Under the pieces are notes generated by a model, which was given only the letters and a program-made list of their open reading frames with translations, ran no database searches and was not told the DNA's origin. The position numbers and the translations under genes are program-made. Shown in pieces: positions 43,720-54,467 of a stretch of DNA of 64,000 nucleotides. Origin of the DNA: Acidimicrobiia bacterium (GTDB taxonomy: Bacteria; Actinomycetota; Acidimicrobiia; Spongiisociales; ZC4RG35); assembly GCA_035281645.1 (NCBI GenBank), contig DATEDN010000099.1:7201-71200 (forward strand), written 5' to 3'. Positions within the stretch are counted from its first letter, which is position 1. Each line of letters opens with the position of its first letter.

Positions 43720-44298
43720 ATGGGAGATCCTGAGCACCCCATAACCGATGTGTCTGGTCTATTGGCCCTGATCGACCAGAAGGACGAGGAGATCGCCCGC
43801 CTGCGACAGCTGGTCGACACCTTCCTACCGGTCGACGTTGACACCGGCATGCTCAATCGCACCGGGACCATCGAAGCCATTCGTCGAGCCTGGGCCTGGT
43901 GGAATCGGCGGCGAGAACCATTTGGGGTAATGGTGATCGTGATCCCGGCCATGGCCGATCGTTCAGCGGAGCAGGCTGCCAGCCTGGCGCGATTGGTCTC
44001 CCTCGCCCTCTCCGATGCCGGACGGGCCGTCGACGACACAGGTCGGTTGGATAGCCACACCTTTGCCGTCGTGCTGCGCGAGTTTCAGCGCCATGGGGCC
44101 TCGACCGTCACCTCCCGGATTCGGACGACCTTGCGCCACGCTATCGCCGAGCCCGAGATCACGGCCGAGATCAAGTTCGGTCTCGTAGTGGCGGTGGAAG
44201 GTGACAGCGCCCGGCCCGAGGACTATCTCGACTTGGCTCTGGAGGCGGCGCGGACGGCCCGCTCCGAAGTTCCCAACATCGCCGAAATCGAACTGTGA
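43720..44298 (+). CDS. degenerate GGDEF-domain protein with an N-terminal coiled-coil-like segment
   Basis: DTGMLNRTG (compare D-x-LTGL-x-NR), VIVIPAM (DxD strand), GRLDSHTFAVVL in place of R-x-GGDEF-x-x-L, FGLVVAV, LALEAARTARSE. Confidence 0.55.
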   Translation: MGDPEHPITDVSGLLALIDQKDEEIARLRQLVDTFLPVDVDTGMLNRTGTIEAIRRAWAWWNRRREPFGVMVIVIPAMADRSAEQAASLARLVSLALSDAGRAVDDTGRLDSHTFAVVLREFQRHGASTVTSRIRTTLRHAIAEPEITAEIKFGLVVAVEGDSARPEDYLDLALEAARTARSEVPNIAEIEL

Positions 44299-44299
44299 G

Positions 44300-45298
44300 C
44301 TAAGGCCGAGCTGCCTGGACCCGCTCGACCAAGTATTCCCCAAGGTTCGTGAGCACCGCCCTCACTTTGGTATCGGGCAGGTCCAGCAGCAATCGCTGGG
44401 CCTTGTGGAGCCGATCGAGGGCGGCATCGACCGCCTGATCGACCCAGCCACCGTCGCGCAGGTGGGCAATGGCGCTCGCCACCACCTCCTCGGAATAGGG
44501 GCGGGGTCGGTCGAGCAGGGCCCGCAGCCGATCGCCGTCGGGGGCGGCGATGGCCGCCAGAACCGGAAGGGTGAATGTGCCTTCGCGAATATCGGAACCG
44601 GCCGGTTTCCCAAGGGTGGCTTCGTTTCCCACCAGATCGAGCGCATCGTCGCTCAGCTGGAAAACCATTCCGAGCTCCCAGGCCCATTCGGTCAGAGTGT
44701 CGACGATGTCATCGGTAGCTGCCGCGGCCATGGCACCGAGCCGGGCCGAAGTCCTGATCAAAGATGCCGTTTTTCCGCCGATAACGCGTTCATACTCGGA
44801 CCGGGAATGATCGAGCGAATCCACCAATTGCAACTCGCGGCTCTGGCCGACGACCAGTTCGGCATAGGTGACCGCCAGCAGACGAACCGCCTCCTGGGAG
44901 AGGTAAGTGGCCGCGACCTCCGAGGCGCGGGCGAGGAGAAAATCGCCGGCGAGGATGGCGACGGTGTTGTTCCAGTTGACGTTGGCGGAGGGCGCTCCCC
45001 GACGGGTATCCGACTCGTCGATGACATCATCGTGATAAAGGCTCCCGACATGAATCAACTCGACCGCCACCCCGGCTTCGACGGGTCGTCGAGTGTCGGA
45101 TTCGGGACCAAACTCAGCCGCCAGCAAAGCCAGCAGGGGCCGGAAGCGTTTCCCCCCCGCCACCAGCAGGTGTTGAAAGATCTTGGTGAGGTAGGGATCG
45201 TCGGCATTGGTCACCTCGAGCAGCCGTGCTTCGACCGTGGCGAGGCGGTCCCAGACCTGAGGGAGGGGAACCAGCGCGCTGAGTTCCTGCATGGTCAA
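44300..45298 (-). CDS. polyprenyl diphosphate synthase family protein
   Basis: First DDxxD LYHDDVIDESDTRRG; second FQLSDDALD. Confidence 0.9.
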   Translation of the reverse strand: MTMQELSALVPLPQVWDRLATVEARLLEVTNADDPYLTKIFQHLLVAGGKRFRPLLALLAAEFGPESDTRRPVEAGVAVELIHVGSLYHDDVIDESDTRRGAPSANVNWNNTVAILAGDFLLARASEVAATYLSQEAVRLLAVTYAELVVGQSRELQLVDSLDHSRSEYERVIGGKTASLIRTSARLGAMAAAATDDIVDTLTEWAWELGMVFQLSDDALDLVGNEATLGKPAGSDIREGTFTLPVLAAIAAPDGDRLRALLDRPRPYSEEVVASAIAHLRDGGWVDQAVDAALDRLHKAQRLLLDLPDTKVRAVLTNLGEYLVERVQAARP

Positions 45299-45389
45299 AT
45301 CGTAATGACATGGCGGGCTCCGGACTCCGGCGGAGTGATCTACGCGAGCACTTCGGAGTTGGTCACAAGGTGTTGTGAGACCCTGCCGA

Positions 45390-45395
45390 TATAAT
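45390..45395 (+). promoter_or_regulatory. candidate -10 hexamer for clpC1
   Basis: Perfect TATAAT 44 nt upstream of the GTG 45439 start. No convincing -35. Confidence 0.3.
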
Positions 45396-45438
45396 CGCTA
45401 CTACCTCGCCAGGGGTGTAGCAGTCAGGAGCATTGAGA

Positions 45439-47946
45439 GTGTTTGAGCGCTTTACCGACCGGGCACGACGAGTCGTCGTCCTCGCTCAGGAAGAAGCACG
45501 CCTGCTCAATCACAGCTACATCGGAACCGAGCACATCCTCCTCGGTCTCCTCAACGAAGGCGAAGGCATCGCTGCCCGTGCTCTCGAAGGCCTCAATATC
45601 AATCTTGTCGGAGTGCGCGACCAGGTGGTCGAGATCATCGGTCGGGGAGCGCAGGCTCCGAGCGGACACATTCCGTTCACTCCCCGGGCGAAGAAAGTCC
45701 TCGAGCTCTCATTGCGAGAAGCACTCCAGCTTGGACACAACTACATCGGGACTGAACACATCCTCCTGGGTCTGATCCGCGAGGGGGAGGGGGTGGCGGC
45801 GCAAGTCCTGCAAAAGATGGGAGCCGAACTCACCAAGGTTCGTCATGCCGTGATCCAGCTTCTCAACGGTTCCGGTCAGAGCGAGGATCAGCCTCAGCAG
45901 AGCTCTGCGGGGTCCGGCAGCTCACGGGGCGAGTCCTCCACCTCGGGCTCCACCGTCCTCGATCAATTCGGCCGCAACTACACCCAACTCGCCCGCGAGC
46001 GCAAACTCGACCCGGTGATCGGCCGCACCCGGGAGATCGAGCGGGTCATGCAGATCCTCTCCCGCCGCACAAAGAACAATCCGGTCCTCATTGGCGAGCC
46101 GGGCGTAGGCAAGACGGCCATCGTCGAGGGCCTGGCCCAGCGCATCGTCGCCAACGACGTGCCCGAGACGCTCCACAATCGCCAGCTCTACACCCTCGAC
46201 CTCGGAGCTCTCGTGGCGGGATCGCGTTATCGGGGCGACTTCGAAGAGCGCCTGAAGAAGGTGCTGAAAGAGATTCGCACTCGGGGCGACATCATTCTTT
46301 TCATCGACGAGATCCACACCCTGGTCGGTGCCGGTGCCGCCGAGGGAGCAATCGACGCCGCTTCCATCCTCAAACCGATGCTGGCCCGCGGTGAGCTCCA
46401 GACCATTGGTGCTACGACGCTCGAGGAATATCGCAAGTACCTCGAGAAGGACTCCGCCCTCGAACGGCGTTTCCAACCGGTCCGAGTCGAGGAGCCATCA
46501 GTCACCGACACGATTCAGATCTTGATGGGCTTGAAGGAGCGCTACGAGACCCACCACTCAGTCCGATTCACAGACGCGGCCATCGTCTCTTCGGCCAACC
46601 TGGCCGATCGATACATCTCGGATCGTCACCTTCCGGACAAGGCGATCGACCTCATCGACGAAGCCGGCAGTCGGATGCGGATCTACCGCTCCAGCTCAGA
46701 TCCCGACCTCGCGGAAATCGATCGCAAAGTCACGGACATACGCAAGCAAAAGAACGAGGCCGCCTCCGCCCAGCAGTTCGAGCGGGCCGCCCAGCTCCGC
46801 GATCAGGAGCGAAGCCTGCTCGCCGACCGCATCGAGCGCGAGCAGTCCTTGAAGGACACCGGCGGCGAGACCGGCTGGGTGATCGACGAAGAAGAGATCG
46901 CAGAGGTGCTGGCTCAGTGGACCGGCATCCCCGTCCACCGCTTGACGGAGGAGGAGACCGCACGCCTGGTTCAGATGGAGTCAGAGCTCCACCAGCGCAT
47001 CATCGGCCAACACGACGCCATCGTGGCGGTGTCGAAAGCCATCCGCCGCACCCGTGCCGGCCTGAAGGATCCCAAGCGTCCTTCCGGTTCGTTCATCTTC
47101 CTCGGCCCCTCCGGAGTCGGAAAGACCGAGACCGCCAAGGCGCTGACCGAATTCCTGTTTGGCAACGAGGACGCCCTCATCCAACTCGACATGTCCGAGT
47201 ACATGGAGAAACACACCGTCAGCCGGCTAGTCGGTTCCCCACCCGGATACGTCGGCTATGACGAGGGCGGTCAGTTGACCGAGGCCGTGCGCCGCAAGCC
47301 CTTCTCAGTGGTCCTTTTTGACGAGATCGAAAAGGCCCATCCCGACGTCTTCAACACCCTGCTCCAGATCCTCGAGGACGGGCGCCTGACCGATGCACAG
47401 GGGCGGACGGTCGACTTCAAGAACACCGTGATCATCATGACCTCCAACCTCGGCACCCGCGATCTGCGCAAGAAGTCCGTCGGTTTCCATGTCGATTCCG
47501 ATGACGTCACCTACGAGGCCATGAAGGAGAAGGTAACCGAGGAGCTGAAGCGCCACTTCCGGCCTGAGTTCATCAACCGTCTTGACGAGATAATCGTCTT
47601 CCACGAGCTGACCTTGGACGAGATCAAGGCGATCGTCGACTTCATGCTGAAGCGGGTTCGCACCCAGCTCGCTAGCCAGGGTCTTGACCTCGTTCTCACC
47701 GATGACGCCAAGGTCTTCTTGGCCAACAAGGGGTACGACCGCGAAATGGGTGCCCGTCCCTTGCGGCGGGCGGTCCAGCGGCTACTCGAGGATCCTCTCT
47801 CCGAGCGGGTGCTGCTTGGCGACTTCAAAGCCGGTTCGACCGTGCTGGTGAGCGTCGAAGAGGGGGCCGAGGAATTGTCGTTCGAGGCGGTGGAGGCAAC
47901 CCCGCCCGAGCCGGCACCCTCGCCGGTGGCCGCGGTCAACGAGTAG
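45439..47946 (+). CDS. clpC1: ATP-dependent Clp protease ATP-binding subunit ClpC1
   Basis: [21 protein letters not shown] Clp-N repeats and two AAA modules ([16 protein letters not shown]). Start set at GTG 45439, 8 nt after AGGAG. Confidence 0.95.
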   Translation: MFERFTDRARRVVVLAQEEARLLNHSYIGTEHILLGLLNEGEGIAARALEGLNINLVGVRDQVVEIIGRGAQAPSGHIPFTPRAKKVLELSLREALQLGHNYIGTEHILLGLIREGEGVAAQVLQKMGAELTKVRHAVIQLLNGSGQSEDQPQQSSAGSGSSRGESSTSGSTVLDQFGRNYTQLARERKLDPVIGRTREIERVMQILSRRTKNNPVLIGEPGVGKTAIVEGLAQRIVANDVPETLHNRQLYTLDLGALVAGSRYRGDFEERLKKVLKEIRTRGDIILFIDEIHTLVGAGAAEGAIDAASILKPMLARGELQTIGATTLEEYRKYLEKDSALERRFQPVRVEEPSVTDTIQILMGLKERYETHHSVRFTDAAIVSSANLADRYISDRHLPDKAIDLIDEAGSRMRIYRSSSDPDLAEIDRKVTDIRKQKNEAASAQQFERAAQLRDQERSLLADRIEREQSLKDTGGETGWVIDEEEIAEVLAQWTGIPVHRLTEEETARLVQMESELHQRIIGQHDAIVAVSKAIRRTRAGLKDPKRPSGSFIFLGPSGVGKTETAKALTEFLFGNEDALIQLDMSEYMEKHTVSRLVGSPPGYVGYDEGGQLTEAVRRKPFSVVLFDEIEKAHPDVFNTLLQILEDGRLTDAQGRTVDFKNTVIIMTSNLGTRDLRKKSVGFHVDSDDVTYEAMKEKVTEELKRHFRPEFINRLDEIIVFHELTLDEIKAIVDFMLKRVRTQLASQGLDLVLTDDAKVFLANKGYDREMGARPLRRAVQRLLEDPLSERVLLGDFKAGSTVLVSVEEGAEELSFEAVEATPPEPAPSPVAAVNE

Positions 47947-48069
47947 CTCCCCGTCTCCCTTCCGGCGGGAAGGTATCAAGGGGGAGGAAACCGGGCGCTT
48001 CGCTCGCTATTCTCCGGCCCCGGCGGGACAAAGCGCTCGCCGATCACACCAATTGGAAGGAATACAACT

Positions 48070-49239
48070 GTGAGACAACACCTACGCGTGCTGTCGCTTC
48101 TGGCGGTAGCAATGCTGGTGCTGGCTGCCTGTGGCGGAAGTGCCGCGACTACCACGACAGCCCCTACAACCGATACCACCGCCGCCCCGACCGAGACGAC
48201 CGAAGCCCCCACGGAAACCACAGCCGGCGAGGCGACGACCACGACGGGAGCGGCTCCCGCCGCCTGCGATGCCACTGTCGGACTCGTCTTCGACATCGGC
48301 GGCCGGGGCGACCAATCGTTCAACGACTCCGCTGCGGCCGGTCTCGAACGAGCCGCCGACGAGATGGGGATCACCTTTACCGAGGCCTCGCCTAACGAGG
48401 ACGGCTCGAACCGGGCTGAGCTACTCCAGCTCGCGGCCGATGCCAGCGACATCGTGATCGCGGTGGGCTTCCTCTTCGAGGGCGACGCTGCGGCGGTGGC
48501 GGCAGAGAACCCCGATGTCAACTTTGCGGTAGTCGACTCCCCGATGCTCGACCTGACCGTTGACCCGCCCGTTCCCTACGGCGACAACTCGGCTGGATTG
48601 GTCTTCTCCGAAGAGCAAGGCTCCTTCCTGGTTGGCGCTGCTGCTGCTCTCAAGTCGGCCACGGGGACCGTCGGCTTCATCGGCGGCGTCAGTGGCGTCG
48701 GAGGCTTGATCGAGAAGTTCGAAGCTGGCTTCCAGGCTGGCGCGATGGCGGTCAATCCCGACATCGAGATCCTCAGCGAGTACATCACCGCCGCCCCTGA
48801 CTTCGATGGCTTCAACGCTCCCGACCGTGCCCGCGAGATCGCCTTGGCGATGTACGACGGCGGAGCCGACATCGTTTACCACGCCGCTGGCGGCTCGGGT
48901 GCCGGCCTCTTCGAGGCCGCTTCCGTGGCTAGCGATACCTCCGGTTCAAAGGTCTGGGCCATTGGGGTCGACTCCGACCAGTACAACACGGCGGACCCAG
49001 CGGTGCAGGAGTTCATCCTCACCTCGATGTTGAAGCGGGTCGACGTTGCGGTGTTCGAGGCGATCAGGTCCCAGTGCGAAGGTACCTTCACCTCTGGACC
49101 AACTGCCTACGACCTAACGGTGGACGGGGTTGGATATTCCACCTCAGGTGGCTTTGTCGATGACATCGCCGACCAGCTGGAGGACTTCAAGGCTCAAATT
49201 GTCAGTGGCGACATCGTCGTCCCCACCGAGCCCTCCTAG
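48070..49239 (+). CDS. BMP-family (PnrA/Med-like) ABC transporter substrate-binding lipoprotein
   Basis: Lipobox LVLAAC, Thr-rich linker, GGRGDQSFND, GVDSDQ. Confidence 0.9.
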   Translation: MRQHLRVLSLLAVAMLVLAACGGSAATTTTAPTTDTTAAPTETTEAPTETTAGEATTTTGAAPAACDATVGLVFDIGGRGDQSFNDSAAAGLERAADEMGITFTEASPNEDGSNRAELLQLAADASDIVIAVGFLFEGDAAAVAAENPDVNFAVVDSPMLDLTVDPPVPYGDNSAGLVFSEEQGSFLVGAAAALKSATGTVGFIGGVSGVGGLIEKFEAGFQAGAMAVNPDIEILSEYITAAPDFDGFNAPDRAREIALAMYDGGADIVYHAAGGSGAGLFEAASVASDTSGSKVWAIGVDSDQYNTADPAVQEFILTSMLKRVDVAVFEAIRSQCEGTFTSGPTAYDLTVDGVGYSTSGGFVDDIADQLEDFKAQIVSGDIVVPTEPS

Positions 49240-49278
49240 GCAGCGCCCAAACAAGTAACAACATCCAACAGCCTCGAC

Positions 49279-49310
49279 GAGCGGGACCGGCCTATTGTCC
49301 GGTCCCGCTC
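49279..49310 (+). terminator. 12-bp perfect stem-loop between the SBP and ATPase genes (attenuator / mRNA stabiliser)
   Basis: GAGCGGGACCGG - CCTATTGT - CCGGTCCCGCTC, with no clear T-tract. Confidence 0.5.
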
Positions 49311-49331
49311 CCCTATTTCACGGAGGATTAG

Positions 49332-50852
49332 TTGGCGACCGCGATCGAGTTGTCGGGCATAACCAAGCGATTTCCCGGAGTGGTTGCCAACGATCAAGTC
49401 AATCTCACGGTCGAGGAAGGTGAGATCCACGCCATCTGTGGAGAGAACGGAGCCGGCAAATCCACTCTGATGAAGATCCTCTACGGGATGCAGCAGGCGG
49501 ATTCCGGCACGATGAAGGTGCACGGCCGGGAGGTTCGGTTCGTTTCTCCTACCGAGGCGATCGGCGCCGGCATCGGCATGGTCCACCAGCACTTCATGCT
49601 CGCCGACCAGCTCACAGTCCTCGAGAACGTGATTCTCGGGGCGGAACCGACCAGGGCTTTGGGTCGAATTGACTTCGAAAAGGCCCGGGCGCATCTGCGC
49701 GAGGTCGGTCAGGCCTACGGACTGACAATTGATCCCAACGACCTGATTGAAGAGCTGGAAGTCGGTGAGCGGCAACGAGTGGAGATCATCAAAGTGCTCT
49801 ACCGGGGTGCGAAGATCCTCATCCTTGACGAGCCCACTGCGGTTCTGGTGCCCCAGGAGGTGGAGGAGCTCTTTCGCAACATGCGGGGCCTCAAGGAGGA
49901 CGGGGCCACGATCCTTTTCATCGATCACAAACTCGACGAGGTCTTGGCCATCGCCGACACCATCACGGTTCTGCGCGACGGCAAGACCGTCGCCACCGTC
50001 AAGCCCCACGAGGTGACAGCGCACGACCTGGCCGAGCTGATGGTGGGATCGGAGCTGCCAACCCCAGAGACGACCGAGTCCACCGTCACCGACCAGGTGG
50101 CTCTCGATGTCGATTCGGTCACGGTGCTCGACGAAGACGAACGGGTCCTAGTGGACGATGTCACGTTCCGGATTCGTCGCGGGGAAGTGGTGGGGATCGC
50201 TGGGGTCGAAGGGAACGGGCAGGCGGAACTGGTCGATGCCATTCTCGGGACGCGACCAGTCCATCGCGGTTCGATCAAGCTGATGGGAGAGGACATAACC
50301 CTGCTGCCGGTCAGGGAGAGGCGAGAGCGGGGGATTGGCTACATCCCTCAGGACCGGCATCGAGAAGGACTGCTACTGACCGCCCCTCTCTGGGAGAACG
50401 CCGCCTTAGGCCATCAGACAAGAGCGCCGTTCGCCAAGGGTTTCTTCATCGACCGGGCGGGTAGCAAGGAGCGCACCGAGCACATTCGCAAAGAGTTCGA
50501 CGTCCGCACACCCAATGTCGATGTTCATGCTCATGCCCTCTCCGGCGGCAACCAGCAGAAGCTGATCGTTGGGAGGGAGATGACTGCCGAGCCGGTGGTC
50601 CTGCTCGCCGCCCATCCAACTCGCGGCATCGACGTCGGAGCCCAGGGCGAGGTCTGGGATGACATCAGGCTGGCACGTTCCAAGGGGATGGCGACCCTCT
50701 TGATCTCGGCCGATCTCGACGAGCTGATTGGCTTATCCGACACCATTGTCGTGATGCTCCGGGGAAGGCTCGTGGCCACGCTTGATCCGGCCATAGTCTC
50801 TCCGCGCGAGCTCGGGGCATACATGACCGGGGCCAAGGAAGGGGCTGCGTGA
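49332..50852 (+). CDS. ABC transporter ATP-binding protein (duplicated ATPase, sugar/nucleoside type)
   Basis: Two Walker A / LSGG sets (GENGAGKST; LSGGNQQK). Confidence 0.9.
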   Translation: MATAIELSGITKRFPGVVANDQVNLTVEEGEIHAICGENGAGKSTLMKILYGMQQADSGTMKVHGREVRFVSPTEAIGAGIGMVHQHFMLADQLTVLENVILGAEPTRALGRIDFEKARAHLREVGQAYGLTIDPNDLIEELEVGERQRVEIIKVLYRGAKILILDEPTAVLVPQEVEELFRNMRGLKEDGATILFIDHKLDEVLAIADTITVLRDGKTVATVKPHEVTAHDLAELMVGSELPTPETTESTVTDQVALDVDSVTVLDEDERVLVDDVTFRIRRGEVVGIAGVEGNGQAELVDAILGTRPVHRGSIKLMGEDITLLPVRERRERGIGYIPQDRHREGLLLTAPLWENAALGHQTRAPFAKGFFIDRAGSKERTEHIRKEFDVRTPNVDVHAHALSGGNQQKLIVGREMTAEPVVLLAAHPTRGIDVGAQGEVWDDIRLARSKGMATLLISADLDELIGLSDTIVVMLRGRLVATLDPAIVSPRELGAYMTGAKEGAA

Positions 50853-51979
50853 ATCTTTCCCGCCGAATCCTCTTGACGCTGGCCGCTCCCGTCGTGGCGC
50901 TGATCTTTGCCCTGGCGATGTCATCGGTAGTGTTGATCTTCTCGGGCAGCAACCCGATCGAGGCTTTTGCCGACATGGTTGGTCATGCCAGCCGCCTCGA
51001 GACCATGGTCGACATCCTCAATCGCGCCACCCCGCTCTACATCGCCGGAGTGGCGGTGGCGATCGGGTTCCGCATGAACCTTTTCAACATCGGCGTCGAA
51101 GGTCAGTATCTGCTGGCGGCGTTGGTGGCAGCCCACCTAGGCGCCCTGGTCAATCTGCCTGGTCCGCTTCGAATCCTCTTCATCCTGGTGGTGGCGATGG
51201 CCGTGGGAGGTGCCTACTCGGGATTCGCCGGAGTACTGAAGGTGACCCGCGGTATCAACGAAGTGATCTCCACGATCATGCTCAATGCGATCGCCATCAC
51301 CGGTTTGATTGCCTATCTAATTCGGGAATGGCAGGCCGGCGGTGGGATCCAGTCGGGAGTTGGGAGGGTGGGGACGACGCCCATCCCGGAATCAGGTCTG
51401 ATCCCCAACCTCAATTCGGTGCTCGAGTTCTTCACTCGTGAGATCCGACAGGGAAAGCAACTCACTGGTGTGCTCGTTGTCGCCATCCTGGTCGGCATTG
51501 GTTACCACGTGCTGGTCAACCGCACCCGGTTTGGCTTCGACCTTCGGGCTAGCGGTATCAATCCTTTCGCGGCCCAGGTGGGGGGAGTCCCCGCCAAACG
51601 GATGGTGGTCAGCGCCATGGTTCTCTCCGGAGCGGTGGCCGGGCTGGTGGGGATGGCCGAGATCAATCAGGTTGGATTTTTCCCCGCCAACCCGATCAAG
51701 GGTCTGGGGTTCACGGGGATCGCTACTGCTCTGCTGGGCCGTAATCACCCCGGAGGGATCATTTTGGCGGCCCTCATCTTTGCTTTTCTCGACGTCTCCT
51801 CCGGCGTCCTCCAGTTCACCGGCGCCGCCTCGCGGGAAATCGTCGTAATCATGCAAGGGGTCATCATCCTGGCCGCGGTCGTTGCCTATGAGGTGGCCAG
51901 CCGGGCCCGGGAGCGTCAGGAGGCGAAGTCGGCTGCCGAGGCTCTGGGAGACATCAAACCTTCGGAGGAAGCAGCGTGA
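50849..51979 (+). CDS. ABC transporter permease
   Basis: Polytopic, and overlaps the ATPase stop. FNIGVEGQ is typical of BMP-system permeases. Confidence 0.9.
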   Translation: MNLSRRILLTLAAPVVALIFALAMSSVVLIFSGSNPIEAFADMVGHASRLETMVDILNRATPLYIAGVAVAIGFRMNLFNIGVEGQYLLAALVAAHLGALVNLPGPLRILFILVVAMAVGGAYSGFAGVLKVTRGINEVISTIMLNAIAITGLIAYLIREWQAGGGIQSGVGRVGTTPIPESGLIPNLNSVLEFFTREIRQGKQLTGVLVVAILVGIGYHVLVNRTRFGFDLRASGINPFAAQVGGVPAKRMVVSAMVLSGAVAGLVGMAEINQVGFFPANPIKGLGFTGIATALLGRNHPGGIILAALIFAFLDVSSGVLQFTGAASREIVVIMQGVIILAAVVAYEVASRARERQEAKSAAEALGDIKPSEEAA

Positions 51980-53229
51980 ACTGGGAAAAGGTTCCCGCTT
52001 GGCTGCGCTGGGCGCTCTACGCCGCCGTCGGAGTGCTGGTCCTCACCATCGTCCAACGCTTCGATGAAACCGAAAGTCTTACCGCGGCCGGGTCTTCGCA
52101 GTCGATGCTGCGCTGGGCAGTCCCGATCCTCCTCGCCGGACTCGGCGGACTCTTCTCGGAGCGAGCGGGTGTTATCAATATCGGTCTCGAAGGCATGATG
52201 ATCCTCGGCACCTGGTTCGGTGCGTGGGGGGCGGTGGTATACGGACCCTGGTGGGGGATCGTGTTGGCGGTGGCGGCGGGGGCCGTGGGCGGCTTGCTTC
52301 ATGCCATCGCCACAGTCACTTTCGGCGTCGACCACGTCATCTCGGGTGTGGCGATCAACATTCTCGCCCCGGGCATCACCCGCTTCCTCTCCTCTGAGAT
52401 CCTGACAACTCTCCCCGGTGGCTCCATCACCCAATCTCCCAGGGTTCCCGGCGTCGGCACGTTCACCCTGCCCATCCTTGGCGGGGGCAGCATCGGCTCC
52501 TGGCAGAGCCCGGACTTCTTTGGCTGGTTGGCAGGTCAGGAGATTTTCCTCATCTCAGATTTGGCAAGCCTGGCCAAAGGCCTGGTTACGCGGATCTCCT
52601 GGGTATCGCTGATCGCGCTCTTGCTCGTGCCCTTCACCGCCTGGTTGCTCTGGCGCACCCGGTTCGGCCTCAGGCTCCGGATCTGCGGCGAGAGACCCCA
52701 AGCAGGTGAGGCACAGGGGATCAACGTATATCGCTTCAAATACATAGGCGTCGTCATCAGCGGAGCCCTCTCCGGCCTCGCCGGTGCCTTCATCGCCAGC
52801 CCCGAGCTCTCGGGGATCTACCTGGAGGGGCAGACGACGGGACGCGGCTTCATCGGCCTGGCAGCCCTGATATTCGGTAACTGGAAGCCATTCGGAGTTT
52901 TGGGTGGAGCACTTCTTTTCGGATATCCCTTCGGGATCGGGCTCCGCGATCTCGATGGCAGCGCCTCCCACTCGCTAATCCTGGTCAACGCCATCGGTCT
53001 GGCGGCGGTGGCGGTGTGGGCTGTCACCCGGGGGAAGCGAAGCGACGCGGTGCTGGCCTCGGTCCTTGGACTGGCGGCGGCGGCGTGGTACCTCACCTCT
53101 GACACCTTGCCGGACGTGTGGATCAATATCCTCCCCTTCGTCATCGTCTTGATCGTTCTGGTTTTCTTCGCCCAAAGGTTGAGGGCGCCGGCGGCGGACG
53201 GTCTTCGCTACCGCAAGGGTGAGAATTGA
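51976..53229 (+). CDS. ABC transporter permease
   Basis: Polytopic, with INIGLEGMM. GTGA overlap upstream. Confidence 0.9.
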   Translation: MNWEKVPAWLRWALYAAVGVLVLTIVQRFDETESLTAAGSSQSMLRWAVPILLAGLGGLFSERAGVINIGLEGMMILGTWFGAWGAVVYGPWWGIVLAVAAGAVGGLLHAIATVTFGVDHVISGVAINILAPGITRFLSSEILTTLPGGSITQSPRVPGVGTFTLPILGGGSIGSWQSPDFFGWLAGQEIFLISDLASLAKGLVTRISWVSLIALLLVPFTAWLLWRTRFGLRLRICGERPQAGEAQGINVYRFKYIGVVISGALSGLAGAFIASPELSGIYLEGQTTGRGFIGLAALIFGNWKPFGVLGGALLFGYPFGIGLRDLDGSASHSLILVNAIGLAAVAVWAVTRGKRSDAVLASVLGLAAAAWYLTSDTLPDVWINILPFVIVLIVLVFFAQRLRAPAADGLRYRKGEN

Positions 53230-54467
53230 TCGAAGGAAGGATCGACCGGGCGGACTTTGACCCCTATTCGAGCGCCTTCCAGCACAATCCCTATCCGATC
53301 TACTCCCGCCTACGGAACGAGCGCCCGGTCTTTTACGACCCCGACTGGGAGCTGACGTTTTTCACCCGCCATGCCGACGTGGCGGGGATGCTCAAGGATC
53401 GGCGGTTCGGGCGCGACATTCGGGGCGTCCCCGGCGATATCGACCCTCGGCTCTATTCCCGCAACTATCCCGATCATCTCCCGACGTGGAATCGATACAT
53501 CCGGGGGTCGTTCATCGACCTCGAACCACCCCGTCACACCCGCCTTCGGCGACTGGTGCAGTGGGCTTTTACCCGGCGGTCGACCGAGACCTATCGCTCT
53601 CGCCTCGAAGCAACGGCGGCGGCCGCAATCGAAACAGCCATCGAGCGGGGAGCGATGGAGGCCATCTCCGAATACGCCACCCCGATCCCGCTTGTCATGA
53701 TCGCCGACCTCCTCGGCATTCCCCAGTCCGAACAACCCCAGTTGGTCTCCTGGTCGCACGACATCGTCCGGGTCTTCGACCAGGGCTGTACCCCCGAGGA
53801 GGGTGCCCGGGCCGAAAAGGCCGTGATGGCCTTTGTGGAGTATGTTCGCCAGCTTCTCGCCGAGAGGAGGCGCAGCCCCGGCACCGATCTGGTCTCGTCG
53901 CTGATTGCGGCTGACTACGAAGGAGATCGCCTCGACGACGAGGAGCTAATCGCCACCTGCATTTTGACCCTCAACGCCGGCCACGAAGCCACCGTCCACG
54001 CCATCGGCAACGGGCTCCTGGCGCTCGCCTCCGATCCCGAGCAGTTCCAGCTGCTCCAGCGCGACCCTCTCGGGCTGGCGAGTCAAGCCACCGACGAGAT
54101 CTTGCGCTTCGACTCGCCTCTGCAGATGTTCGAACGCTGGGTCCTGACCGATCTCGACTGGTCGGGAAACGAACTCCAACACGGGACCAAGGTGGGACTC
54201 CTCTTCGGCTCCGCCAACCACGATGAATCGGTATTTTCCGAACCGGAGCGTCTCAACCTCCTTCGCACCGAGAATCCCCACGTCTCCTTTGGCGGCGGGG
54301 TTCATTACTGCGTGGGCGCTCCCTTGGCCAAGGTCGAGCTTGAAATTGCTTTCGCTTCTTTTGCCGCCCGAATCGCCAAATTCGAGCTGAGCGGAGAACC
54401 CGAGCGACTGCGCTCCCTGGTCTTTCGGGGCGTGCGCACCCTTCCCTTGGCCCTTAGCCCCCGGTAG
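53226..54467 (+). CDS. cytochrome P450
   Basis: I-helix LNAGHEAT, ExxR EILRF, heme loop FGGGVHYCVGAPLA. TTGA overlap with the permease stop. Confidence 0.9.
   Translation: MIEGRIDRADFDPYSSAFQHNPYPIYSRLRNERPVFYDPDWELTFFTRHADVAGMLKDRRFGRDIRGVPGDIDPRLYSRNYPDHLPTWNRYIRGSFIDLEPPRHTRLRRLVQWAFTRRSTETYRSRLEATAAAAIETAIERGAMEAISEYATPIPLVMIADLLGIPQSEQPQLVSWSHDIVRVFDQGCTPEEGARAEKAVMAFVEYVRQLLAERRRSPGTDLVSSLIAADYEGDRLDDEELIATCILTLNAGHEATVHAIGNGLLALASDPEQFQLLQRDPLGLASQATDEILRFDSPLQMFERWVLTDLDWSGNELQHGTKVGLLFGSANHDESVFSEPERLNLLRTENPHVSFGGGVHYCVGAPLAKVELEIAFASFAARIAKFELSGEPERLRSLVFRGVRTLPLALSPR

Noticed and set aside
44201-45394. 397-aa plus-strand ORF antisense to the polyprenyl synthase gene
   Set aside because: The minus strand has both DDxxD motifs, and the plus-frame product has no motifs.
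47947-48069. Possible riboswitch or leader upstream of the BMP-type ABC transporter
   Set aside because: Only a short 6-bp hairpin (CCTTCC-GGCG-GGAAGG, 47958-73) after the clpC1 stop is visible. I recognise no purine, ZTP, preQ1 or c-di-AMP riboswitch core.
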